Assembly (NCBI RefSeq): GCF_000315625.1
Contig: NW_005434673.1
Span: forward strand, 210,270-274,269
From: Guillardia theta CCMP2712
Lineage: Eukaryota > Protista > Cryptophyta
Length of the DNA: 64,000 nucleotides
Direction: 5' to 3'
The notes below the pieces were generated by a model. That model worked only from the letters and a program-made list of their open reading frames with translations, had not been told where the DNA came from and ran no database searches. Below are positions 11,201 through 22,799 of the stretch, in pieces. Position 1 is the first letter of the stretch. Every line of letters starts with the position of its first letter. The position numbers and the translations under genes are program-made.

Positions 11201-12304
11201 NNNNNNNNNNNNNNNNNNNNNNNNNNNNNNNNNNNNNNNNNNNNNNNNNNNNNNNNNNNNNNNATCGCCTCCTGATCAGCATCATCTCACCTGCGCTCTC
11301 AGAGTGTCGCCCAACATCGCTTGGAGCTCGGCGGTTCTTCGTGTCTCGCACGCTCCTCTCCTCGCTTGGCTTGTTTCAGCCGTCGATTTTCACTTGCCTC
11401 GCATCCGAGATTCTTTCCTCGGCCAGGTCCACCCTCCTCAACCCTCGTATCTTTCCTCCCTCCCTCCCTCCCCCTCCCCTTCCCCTTCCCCCTTCCCCTT
11501 CCCCTCTCCCTCCTCCCCTCCTCCCCTCCCTCCTTGTAGCTCACCCCCCGTCCTCCTTCCGCTCATCAAGATCGCAACAGATCCTCCTCTTCATCCGTTG
11601 GTACCGCCTGGCCCTCCCGCCGCAAGAGGAGGGGGAGCTACTCGCCTGTCGCAGGAGCTTCGATCGCTGGGAGGAACAAATCATGTGCAGGATCGGCCGC
11701 AACCGAGTGAAGCCAGTGAGGAGCTCGGAGCTTCAGAGGAGCGTGGGGGCAGCAGCGGCTCTGCTGGGGCTGGAGGTGGAGGAGGAGGTAGTAGAGGAGG
11801 ACACTGGACTTTCCGTGGACTTCTTCCTCCCTTCTCTGTCCCTGTACATCGAGGTGGATGGGCCTTTCCACTATGCTGTGGATTTGGCTGAGGAGGAGGT
11901 GGACGCTGGTGGAGGAGGTGGAACAACTCAGTGGCTGAAGGAGACAGAAAGGAAACTTCCTCTGGGAAGCACGATATTCAAGCAGAGATTGCTAGAGCTC
12001 TACCGCAAGGACGTCAGAGGTGAAACCCCCTACCCTCCCTCCTCCCTCCTCTCTCATCAAATTTCCTTCTGCCCTCCTCTTCTCTCTCCCTCACGTCTCC
12101 CCCCTCGCGCTCCCCCTCCTACATCCTACATGTCCTACCCTCCCTCCCCATCCCCCCCCCTTCCCTCCTGATCCTCATGCAGTGATCCCGTACTGGGAGT
12201 GGCTGAGCCTGAGGGGAGAGGAGGAGCAGCGCGATTACCTCAAGTCTCTTCTCCAACCAGGAGGAGGAAGCAGTGGGGAAAGCTCATCAGACGTTGAGCG
12301 GTAG
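8230..12304 (+). CDS. Plastid-targeted helical-repeat (OPR/HPR-like) protein with C-terminal RAP domain; spans an N gap
   Basis: Signal peptide followed by ...SREAFVGH; repeats such as FTEQTIAMLFNAFAK, LQNVAIILNSMARL, FTSQAVASVLNAAVRL; RAP motif SVDFFLP...IEVDGPFHY...LGSTIFKQRLL...VIPYWEW. Confidence 0.85.
10737..11263. other. Assembly gap (N run)
   Basis: Ns following a CAT/CGT repeat. Confidence 1.
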
Positions 12305-12391
12305 AAACTTCAACCATGGGTTCTACTCTGCTCCTGCGCAGACACTCCCTCCTATCCCTTCCTTGTGTTTCATTCTCATTCTTTACATCCT

Positions 12392-14271
12392 TTACCGAAG
12401 TTTCTTTGCCAAGGATTTGCACTGATCGGCAAAATCTTCCAAGAATTCGGATTCCTTGACAGAACCAGCCTGCTCCAAGTTGTCACTACAGCGATGGAGG
12501 AGACAGTCGGAGCAGGTACACCAGGCAGGCGAGGAAGGTACAACAAACCAAAGAAGGATGACAACAGAGAAAGGAGGGATGATAAGGTACAACAGGGGAG
12601 AAGGTGGTAGAACAGAAATGAGGAGGATCAACAGGGAGGAAGTGGTCGTACAACACAAGGAAGGTGGTTAGCGAGCAGCATCTCGATTACACCCACACCA
12701 GCACTTCATCGCACAGCCAACAAGAAGTGGTGACGTCACCACCGACTTCTCACCTCCTCAGGCCCACAGAACCTTGCGACGAGCAGCTCATACGCGATCT
12801 CAACCTGTGACAAGACGATCTCATCACCCATCCTCCTCCTGCCTCCACTGCCACCAACCTCCGATGCGCACTCTCCCGCCTGGTGATGCTCCACCACGTC
12901 GGTTAGGAGGACGCGCTTCTGATCCCGCGTGATGTGTCCTTCCTTCGCCAGCTTCCTCAGCGCCGCCACAGTCCTCTCCGTCACTCCCTCCATCAACTCC
13001 CTCTCGTTCAGCACCTGCAACCCTGTCACTCCCTCCTTCACCTTCCTTCCTGCACCCGCACATCATCTCCAAGATCGCGTCCGTCGTCTCGCAGACCACT
13101 GACGAGGAGATCAGACATGTCAGCTGGGGAGTCAGGAGAAAGATGCGTCACCGTCTCATGTCATCATCTTTGTCGTCGTCTGACAACTCGAACATCATGC
13201 TGCCAACATCAGGTCAGTTTTACAGTCTCGTCCAACTCTTTCTCGTCACCTCCCGACCATCCCGCTCCCTTCCCCGTTGCTCGACTGGTTCGCTTCTTCA
13301 GCATTCTCTAGCGCTCCTTGCAGGGCCCTCACAATCTCGTCCACGATCTCATCCGCATTCGCATGCCCATCCCCTTCCCGCAGCGACGACGCATCGAACC
13401 TGATCACCCGGGCTCCTCCCGAGTTCCCTTGCAGGAGATCTTCGATGGAGGCAGGGCGAACAGAAGCTTGTGACGCATGGTGGTGCACCAGGTACCACCT
13501 CCCTCCCAACTTGCGGAACACGTTGGTCGCCAGCATCCGCCGCTCAGTGCCCGGGGAAGAGACCTCCTCAGTGCAAGTGACGAAGGCCGAGGTTCCCCGG
13601 ACGTGCACCTTCACGTTGGAGGGAGTGATGGCTGTGCTCTTGAAAGCCTTGTCCCGCGCCTGGAACATGTTCCGCCACATGTTCACGATGTTGTCGTACC
13701 CCAGCAGAGGCTTCGCCCCTGGGTGGATGCACTGAACGTGCGGGCTGTTGTGCCACACAGTCCCCATCAGCTCGATGTTCTTCGTGCTGAACGCGTTGTA
13801 GAAGTCGCTGTTCGTCTTCAGCACAGCTGACGTGTCGTCCATGTGCATTCGGCTTAGCTCGTCCCTAAGGGTGCTCGCCTCGCTGTAACGCTCGTTCTTC
13901 ACCGCAGACTCCAACGAAGTCTCCAGCTTCTCCACCCACTTCTCGATCACCTGCTCGTCCGGCTGCAGGTCATCCATCCCGCTCTTGGTCTTGTCCGAGT
14001 GCCGATCAACGATCCTGTCGTCCGGATCCAACTCCTCCCCGCCATCCCTCTTCTTGCAACACATCCAGTCCCGGAACGCGGACACCGCTTTTGCCCTGCA
14101 ATGGTTGGGACATACGTTGGCAGCGGAGGGCATCTTGGTGCAGATCGTGGAGCCTGAGCTAGGGCGCAGCACTAGGTTATGATAGTGCGGAAGATTGGAA
14201 ACGGAGAAGCTGTAGCTGACTGGAGAAAGGCAGAGCCCCAACAAGGTTAACTGTGCGACAAGAACCCTCAT
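12392..14271 (-). CDS. Plastid-targeted UVR + SnoaL/NTF2-like domain protein
   Basis: Signal peptide with ...VSYS-F; UVR-like LESAVKNERYSEASTLRDEL; SnoaL-like NSDFYNAF...CIHPG...ATNVF...WYLVHHHAS. Downstream exons splice to ...CKSLAKKLR*. Confidence 0.82.
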
Positions 14272-16139
14272 CGTTCAATCCTTCTTTCAGGACCACCAAC
14301 TGCGAACAGGCTGGTGTTAGGAGCAGCCTGTGGCACAATCTTTACTCTCACTCACGCCGGGTTTTGGACAAGTCAGCCCAAAATTGTCAGCGTCTCCGCC
14401 AAAAGTCGCTCTCACCCTACCAAATAAGCTCCTACGGTTTGAGCGCAACCAATCTGCGAAACCAAACACCATATCAGACCAGATCATCTTTGCCAGCAAC
14501 CTCAATGCATGTGGACAATCGTCTCATAGGTATAGACGGTGCTCCTGCACTGGCACCAGTCTACCCCATCTCTAATCACATCCATTGCAACGGAAAACAT
14601 CTGCTCTATTGAAACCCCAGTGCCAACTAAGAGCGATCGAGGCGACTCAAAACTACATTCAAAACTATGTTTGCTTCCATGCGATCCAATCGAGTTGTCT
14701 TGTTCCCAAATCACGAGCTCATCTTCTCCAATCACTTCAAAATTCACATTTTGGTCCCCTGTATGGCCCCCCTTCAAGCTCCTGCCGCCCTCCTCCACAG
14801 CCAACTCATCCTATGGCTTTCGGACTCTCAATTTAACACCAGCTCCTTCACTTCTTGCAACCTTGCCTGTTTCCTCGCACTGCTCCTCCTCCTCTTCCGT
14901 CTCTCTCCTTCTTTCCTCCCCTTCGCCAGCATGGCTGGCCATGTTAGAAAGGGGAGCCTGGGGGGTGGTCCATGGGGTTTAGAGGGTACCTCTGGGGAAA
15001 TGGAGGGGTGGGGTTACGGGATGGCCTCGTTGAGGGAAATTAAAATATATTTATAACATTGGTACTGGATTCATAAAAAAAGTTGTCTGCAAAGAAGACA
15101 GATTGAAGCATATTGTTTTTTTGGGCCTATAACCCGATTGTACCCCACCCTTTTCCTTCAAAAGATGGAATGAGGACTGGTGGGTTAAGATTTCAACCGG
15201 TGGGTGGAATTTCACCCCACCCTACCTTCATCGCTGAAACACTACCCCCACCCTACTTTTTCCATCGGCTACAGTACCCCATCCTAGATTCGAAGTGATC
15301 ATACAGAGGTGAATTCGAAACATATGACCCCTACCTATCAAATAGATCAATTCAAAAGGAAAGGTCCGGGTATACCTATCACCCCTACCCGTATCAACAA
15401 AAACCCTACCCACCCATGTACCCCTGGACTTGTTCAGGTACAGTTGATGCACCCACCTACCGGTACCAGATCAGATTTCATTTCACCCACCCTCTCTATT
15501 TGACGACAACGCCGGGAGAAATTCAAGGATGGAGGTGGGGTAGTCATCAACAATTTTCAAGTGGGGGTCCTGGAGGACATCACGAGAATAGGAAATGGTG
15601 GGGTACTTTTAGGTAATTTGACGGGATAGTGATGGAGAAGATGAAGATTGAAGGGGTGTCACAGTTGCAGGTTCTGGATGGTAGGGTACTTGGGGTGGGT
15701 GACACGGACTAAAATTAGATCCCTTTGTGAACGTAAAAATATTTATAATGATAGTTTGGAACCGTATGGAAAAATGCATCCTACAAGCATTTGTAAATGA
15801 AGGATTGAGTACCTGATGGTAAACAAACTAAATTCATTATAGGTTTTTGATGGTACAGGAATCTCACAAGTTTGTTTTTATGCTGTACCCAAATTAAACT
15901 TATATATTTTTTATAATTTTGTTTGTACTAATCAGCATTTTAAAAGTAATGACAGTGCGAGAGAGGTGGTCATAGGATTGATAAGCCTCTGGTCCTAGCT
16001 TGAGCCTTGAGGAATTTCCATAGGTAATAGGGGTCTTGAGCCTTTAAAAGTTTTACAGGTCAGTCCCTGACATGACGAGGCTCATAACCTGTTATTCGCA
16101 AGTTGTTACACAGTTGAGTACGGAAATGTACGGTACGGT

Positions 16140-16420
16140 CACGCCGTGGTGACGCCGGACTCGGGGCCCCGAGCCGCCGGGCCGGCCCGTCATGGCCGGC
16201 CGCCGCAGATCAGTGATGATGACGATCGCTCTCGGATGCATGGCATGATTGCCACAATTTACGGCGGGTTCAACCGTTTCAAAGAAGTTGACAGAGCCAA
16301 GTCAAGGCAGTTTCGAACTGACGGTTCGGCCGCGCTCGGCCCGGCCCGCCGAGAGCCTGAGCGGGCCTGGGCTCATCCGTTTGCACTGACTGCCGGCCGC
16401 GCGGGCACTGGTGATTAATA
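16140..16420. promoter_or_regulatory. GC-rich CCGG/GGCC island in a divergent intergenic region
   Basis: CCGGACTCGG (16155), ATTGCCACAA (~16248), dense GGCC/CCGG. Confidence 0.4.
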
Positions 16421-17216
16421 ACCGCCGAATAACGGTTCTTTACAGAGTTTGTTGCACTCAAAAGGAGATCTTTTAGGGTCAAGGAGGGGTGGGTAGTCCT
16501 TGTAGTGACCAGGGGTACTAATATGTTTAAGGACCCGTTCATACGGTTACCTTGTTTGGAATGGGAGGTAGGGGTATTTGCAGTACCGGTAATCACAAGA
16601 TGGATATGAAAGAAGTCATAGTGAAGTCATAGCAGATCTACCATATTAGTTTGGGTATTTGGAAATAAGGTGGTAGGGGTAGTGTTTCAGTCCCAGTAGG
16701 TAGTAGGGTGGAGTGTGTGCAGTATTGTCAGGGGTGGTGGACTGGCATGGGGAGGGACGTGAAAAATGCCGAGAGGGCGATAGCGGGGGCAGGTCGAGAG
16801 AGCAGCATGAGAGGAAACGGAGAGATGAAAGGTGCAGTATTGTTGATGGGATATGGTCAATGAAAGAGGAGGAAGATGAAGTGATATCATGAGCGAGGCC
16901 TGGTTTCGCCAGGTGTGAGAGGGAGAGGAGATTGGAGAAATGCAGCGGGCGTGTAGATGCAGGACCAGGAGGAGAAGAGAGAAATTGACAAGAGAGGGAA
17001 GGAGAAGAATGACGATAAAGTTGAGAAAAGTGATCATGCATGGATGAACAGAGGATTCGTGTAGATTTTAGCAGCCGAGGAAGCAAATATGGTGTACAGA
17101 GGAAGGGGGGGGGTGGGGGGGCGGGGGGGGAGCGGGGGGGGGGGGGAAAGGTTCCTGGGGAACCTTCGAAGTGGGGGGGGATTTCAGTGAATTTTCTTCT
17201 GAGCGCCTGACAGGAC

Positions 17217-18052
17217 ATGGATCGGCTTCCAAGAAAAAAAGCCAGCGATGTGTTCGTCGACGAGCACATCGAGGCGCACACGAGTGACAACGAAGACCAT
17301 ACCTTCGCCGGCATCATGTTCAATGTCTCTGTCGCTAACCTCCCCTTCGAAGCTGTCCAGATCAGCTCCGTGTGGATCAGAGGTGGGCTCGGTCCCATCT
17401 CGATCTGGTCGACGCCGGAGGGCTTCGAGGACAAGCGTGAGAAGCAGGAGGAGTGGGAGAACCACTATTCGAAGCAGCATCGAGCGAGCTTGTATCAGTT
17501 CAAGGAGATGAAGCTGAAAAAGCCGATCCTTCTGAGCGCAGGAGAGACTAGGGGCATCTACATCCACTCGGCGTGCGAGGGGGACGAGCAGATTGTCTAC
17601 GACGACAAGCGTGGAAGGCAGACATACTCGGATTTCTGTCTCAAGATTCGGCCAGGTGAGAGGCACGCGGTGCCGCTGGCGATGCTGAGCAGCAAGCAGG
17701 GTATGCGCATCTCTCCCACGTTCCCTTCAGCGCTGAGCACACGAACTGGGGGGGCTGGGGCCCAGCATGGAGGGACAACCGGGCGTTCGTGGGGAAGCTT
17801 GACTATGGGATCAAGTGGCTGCGGTGGAATCCAGAGGTTCACGTCCAGCTTCCCTCCTTTTTCCGCAAGATAGTTTGGTGCCTGCTGATGTCGCAGCATG
17901 CTCGGGCGTCCTGCAGCTTCTTGCACGTGCTCGAAGAGAACAGCCTCTTCTACATCATCAACAGCGTCAACTGGTGGGAGATGGCTGGTTCGAAGAAGGC
18001 GTTGAGGAGGAAGAAGGTGGTGAGGGAGGAGGCTGAGGAGTTAGGTGAGTGA
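17217..18052 (+). CDS. Hypothetical protein (intron at ~17656-17699)
   Basis: Coding-like codon usage; intron removal joins ...LKIRPG to ...HLSHVPF...WLRWNPEVH... Confidence 0.7.
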
Positions 18053-18661
18053 TTATCTTGTGCGTATCCCATGAAGCAAAACCTTGACTCTGGTGAGCAG
18101 CAGGCAAGAAGAGTAAGAAGAGGAGTAGGATGTCATGGCCAGGGCTGAATTACTACGTCGATGACGTGGCGGAGGGCGACGAGCTATAGGGTAGAGGGAA
18201 GATGTTGTATCGTATATGGTGTGTCGAGTGTCTGGCTGCTCCTTTTTGAGGTGTTGGGGGAGGCTGAGGGTGTTTGTGCTGATATTGTCGTCTTGCATTC
18301 TAATTGAGATTTTCGCCCCCTCGCATGTTTGATTCAACTTTGATTTACTTGCATCCTGATTAAAGTTTGATTTACTTGCACCTTTATTAAATTTTCGTCA
18401 CGCACAACGACTTGCAAACATCAGCACTACGTGCGCTGAAGTTTTATTTCCTTCCTTGTCCTCCACAGTCCCTCCATCCTCCCCCTCTCTCCCCTCCCCG
18501 CGCCTGCCTGCTTGAATGCCTGCATGCCTGCCGAACCCACCCCGAAATTATCCTCTCCGTCTCCCTCTCTATGTTCCCCTCCAACTCTTCCTCTACCACC
18601 CTGACCCTGTCGCTCCCTCGCTCCTCCCCCAGCAGGGATGCTTCAAGACTTCTGCTCGGCT

Positions 18662-21548
18662 TCAGTCCAGCACTCGTGGGCTCGCGCTCTTCTTGATAGA
18701 TGGGCTCAGGTCACCCTGCCGAGGTAGGAAATTAGGAGGAGGAGGAGGAGGAGGAGGAGGAGGAGGAGGAGGAGGAGGAGGAGGAGGAGGAGGAGGAGGA
18801 GCTTCGCTCACCTTGCTTGTGTTGAAGGAGGAGCGGAGAGCGTAGGAAGGGGAGGAGGAGGTCATGGACCTGAGGGACCCCTGAGTCTTGACCTGATGCT
18901 CGGCGATGGTCTTTCTCGGAGAGAATTCTTCCTGCCTCACGAGGAATTTCTTCTTGAAGGGGACGACGCGAAGGAAGACGGGGATGCGGAAGACGGGCGG
19001 GTCGGCAGGGGAGAAGCGGAAAAGGATCTCCCCGGAGAAGTAGCCGAGCTGGAACGTCCTGGCGAAGAGGAAGAAGGAGATGGAGCAGCCGGGCGCGGCG
19101 AAGTTCGAGTCGATCTCGAGGGAGGAGTTGCGAGCACGCGCCTGGATGCCGAGCTCGAGGAGGGGAAGGCCCTCGATGTTGAGGAAAAAGCGACGATGGT
19201 GCGAGTCGAGGTTGCGGATCACGACCTGGAACCTGTGGGGGGAGGAAGGAGAACCGGTCCTCTCTGCCATGGCCTCATCTGCCGTGATCTGGTGGACTAC
19301 CATGGCGATGAAGGTTCCCTCAAACGGGACCCAGGGGATCGTCTCGTTATCGAGCCCGAGGAGGAGGAGCTTCTTCACTAGCCGCACCATCGCCTCCTCG
19401 TTGCTGTCGACGGTTCTGCATCTCTCCCTCATCTTCTCGAAACCCATCGACATGATGAAGCCCGCTCCTCCTCCTCCTCCCTCACCCTCCGCCTCCTTCG
19501 CGCTGTCGTCCCGCCATGTCCCGAACGTCCCCGTCGTCCTGTGAAGCTCGATGAGCCTCCCGCGGGTGAACTTGAGCCCCTGCCCGAGCTGCATGTCGAC
19601 GGCGAGATCGAGGATCGAGTCCAGGGGGTCCTCCCGAGGGAAGCAGACGAGGGCGAGGCGGACGAGGGCGCACAGCCATTGGGAGTAGGAGACGTGATGG
19701 ATGTCGCACTCTACCTCGTGACCCCACCTGGCGTCCCAGCTGATGGCTGTGGGGAGCTGCTTGGTGTGGTGAATGAGCCAGGCGATGTCCTTCATGGAGA
19801 TCTGAGCCGACGGAATCATTTCGCGCACGAAGTGAAGAAACTCCGCCGGGTTCATGGTGACCTCCGAGCCTGCGGCAGCTTGAGAGGTGGAAGGAAGATT
19901 GAGGATGGAAGGGGAGGAGAAGGAGGTAGATGGGGTGAAAGGTTTGGAGTGGGGGGTGACAGGGAGAGAGAGCCTAAGGGGAAGGAGGGAGGAAAGAGGG
20001 AGAGCGGGAGGAGGGAGGAGGGAGTACGACTCACTGGCAATGTCGTCGAAGGTGATTGCCGAACCCTCTAGCGTTTGTCTGCCGCAGTAATACTTGAAGA
20101 TGAAGTAGAGGATGCTGCCGTTTTCCTTGATCTGCCCGCAGATCGTCGAGTCGTAGAGGGTGAGGAGGTGAAAACGATGTCGCTTCATGCAAGCAAGCAG
20201 CTCTGGCTCCCTCGCTCGCACCTCCTTCTTGAAGTTCTCGAACTCCCAGCTGTCTTCCGCCACGAAATTCTTCCTCGCGAGCTCCACCGCCTTGGCTACC
20301 AGTTGGGAAGGAGCTGCGGAGGGGATCGTGTTGTCGTCGCTCCTCTCCCTCCACGAGTAGCCCAGCTTGGGTTGGAACTGCCTTACCTCCTCACTGAACT
20401 GCAGCACGTGCCCCGCATACCCCTGGGCACGGGAGGCGGTGAGCGAGAGGTTCCGAAAGTAGTAGGACAGCTGCTCCGACTTTTCCTGCCTCCTCCTGCT
20501 TGTCTGCGGCTCCCCATCCTCCCCTTGCAGGGAAGCCCTTGGCGTGTTGTACTGGGCGCTGACCCTGGAAGTGTGCAGCAAGTGGACGCTCCTTGCCGTC
20601 GCTCCTCCCGCCGTCTGCTGCTCCTTCGTCGCCTCAGGTTGGGCGGCATCTGCGAGAACAAACATCAGCAGGCGAAGGTACAAGTCGTCGCTCACAAGTG
20701 AAGTTGCGCCGGGGAGTGCAGAAGTTTTCCACCTCTAGCTTTCCCTTCCCCCAGAAATCCTTCCCCACGCTCTTCAGCGCCGAGATCTTCTGCCTGGTCG
20801 TCACTGGTCCCTCTTCCATGTGCGAGCTGCGTTCACTCAAGAGCCCTCTAGCTGAGAGCTTCGTAGGAAGAGTCCTCGTGGTCGGCAGCCCTACGGAAAG
20901 GTCTTCTTCCTGCTGCAATGCTGCATGATCGACGATGGTAGCTATCGGAAGCGTCGGGACCCTCGGCTCGAAGTAGCGCTGGCCCAGCATCCGCCCTCGC
21001 GCATGTTTGCCGCCGTCGATCACCGTCAGAGCTCTGGACGGCTCTCTTCTTACAGGCTTCAGTCGATTCAAGGCCACAACCTTCTTTACAGCCTTGCGGA
21101 AACCAAGAGCAGCTCCGGGGGCCCTCCTATCGGCATGAAGCTCTTCAACCCCTTGACTCTCGTCTGAGAGGTAGGGAGAGATCAAGGTCATGATAACAAG
21201 GTCAGTTCATGGCTGCCCCGTCCGACTCTGTTGAAGTACGTAAGATCGAAAACTGGTAATGACAGCGCCTTGAAAAATATCTCAAGTGATAGCAACAACA
21301 CCTACCCTACCCTCTTGTCACTGAGTCAAGTTCCTGTTCTGTGTGCCCTGCCCTGCCCTGCCCTGCCCTGCCCTGCCCTGCCCTGCCCTGCCCTGCCCTG
21401 CCCTGCCCTGCCCTGCCCTGCCCTGCCCTGCCCTGCCCTGCCCTGCCCTGCCCTGCCCTGCCCTGCCCCGTCCCGTCCCGTCTTCTCTCCTCCTCTCCCC
21501 TCCCCTCTCATCTTGTAGCGGCCGCGAACGGCTTGCCATATCCGCCAT
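18662..21548 (-). CDS. Large multi-exon hypothetical protein with degenerate EF-hand-like segments (start uncertain)
   Basis: 677-aa and 185-aa ORFs with strong coding bias; low-complexity stretches are in-frame introns; MNPAEFLHFVREM and VSYSQWLCALVRLAL segments. Confidence 0.65.
21346..21468. repeat. (CCCTG)n pentamer repeat
   Basis: Direct reading. Confidence 0.97.
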
Positions 21549-21676
21549 CAACGCCCTTGACCTCTACCGTTGGGCGGTTACAAATACAGTAACGGAGTTT
21601 CGGATTTACTTAAAATGAGTGCAGCAACCCCGCCCCAGCGACACTTCACATAGGTAGAAGAACAATGTGGGGGAAC

Positions 21677-21842
21677 GAGCAGGAGCAGGAGAGCAGGAGC
21701 AGGAGAGCAGGAGAGCATGAGAAGGGGGAGGGGGAGGAGCAGGAGCAGGAGAGCAGGAGAGCAGGAGAGCAGGAGAGCAGGAGAGCAGGAGGAGCAGGAG
21801 GAACAGGAGGAACAGGAGGAGCAGGAGGAGCAGGAGGAGCAG
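21677..21842. repeat. GGAGCA/GGAGAGCA-type low-complexity repeat
   Basis: Direct reading. Confidence 0.85.
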
Positions 21843-22058
21843 AGGAAGGTTCAGGGTATGCATTAGGAGCAATTCAAGCACGCAGATATGAAGTAGGAGT
21901 TTTCAGGGATGGGTTGGTATGTTGGGGAGGAACGAAAAATGGCTTCAAACCATGCACCATCATGAGTGATAGACAGTAAGTTCAATAGCAAGCTCGACAC
22001 GTCAGAACTTGCTATAACCAGATCGATTGCTCTACCCATTGATATCTGCTCGCAGATC

Positions 22059-22617
22059 ATGAGGAAAGTCGCCGGGAAATCTCTGCTTGTCCTGTTGCTC
22101 GCTTTCGTTTCGTTGACCTCAGGCGCCAAGTTGGGCGCGTCAGAGGAAGATGATGAGGTGACAAGACGGTGACATCCAGCTGCTATGTCTGAATCTTGCT
22201 CCTTCTCTCCTACCAGCATGTGAAGCAAACCAACACACGGATAGAGCGATCAAGAAGGATGGCGCGAGAGTTGGAGAAGCATGCGATGAAGATGGAGAGC
22301 GCCCTGCAGGACGTATGCAAATGTCGTATCCCGAGATGTGCTGTATTGTGATCGCATCGTTACTTCAGAAACTCGCTCTCCTGATGGAGAAGAAGATGGA
22401 AGCCAAGGCCCGGAGAGAGAAAGGCTCCTCCAAGCACATCACTGTCAGGGAGCGAGCAACCTCGAACAAGCAAGCTTTACAGCAGCAAAAGCATTCTTCT
22501 CTTCCTCCTCCAGCAGCAGCAGCAGTTGTCAGCCAAGGAGCAGAGTCGTCGTCGTCAAGCAGAAGTCACAGGAGGCATCAGGTAGTTGCGATGAGAACCA
22601 ACAAAATTGCTGGTTGA
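22059..22617 (+). CDS. Small signal-peptide hypothetical protein, multi-exon
   Basis: MRKVAGKSLLVLLLAFVSLTSGAK signal peptide followed by short charged exons between GT-AG introns. Confidence 0.55.
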
Positions 22618-22799
22618 AAGTGCATGACAGAACAGGAGAGGCCTCTTCGCGTCATGGTTGAACGGTTGGATCTGGCCCACTATCTAGAGGTGTATCATCA
22701 ATCTCATATCATATTCTTTCTACGAAGACGATCTTTTTGGAATGCATGAACCTGTACAGTTACTTGTTTGTCACGGTCTGTCTTGTCGCTGTCAAGTCT

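Noticed and set aside
14950-16130. Autonomous transposon or viral insert in the AT-richer intergenic region
   Set aside because: No transposase, RT or capsid ORF, and no terminal repeats or TSD detected by eye.
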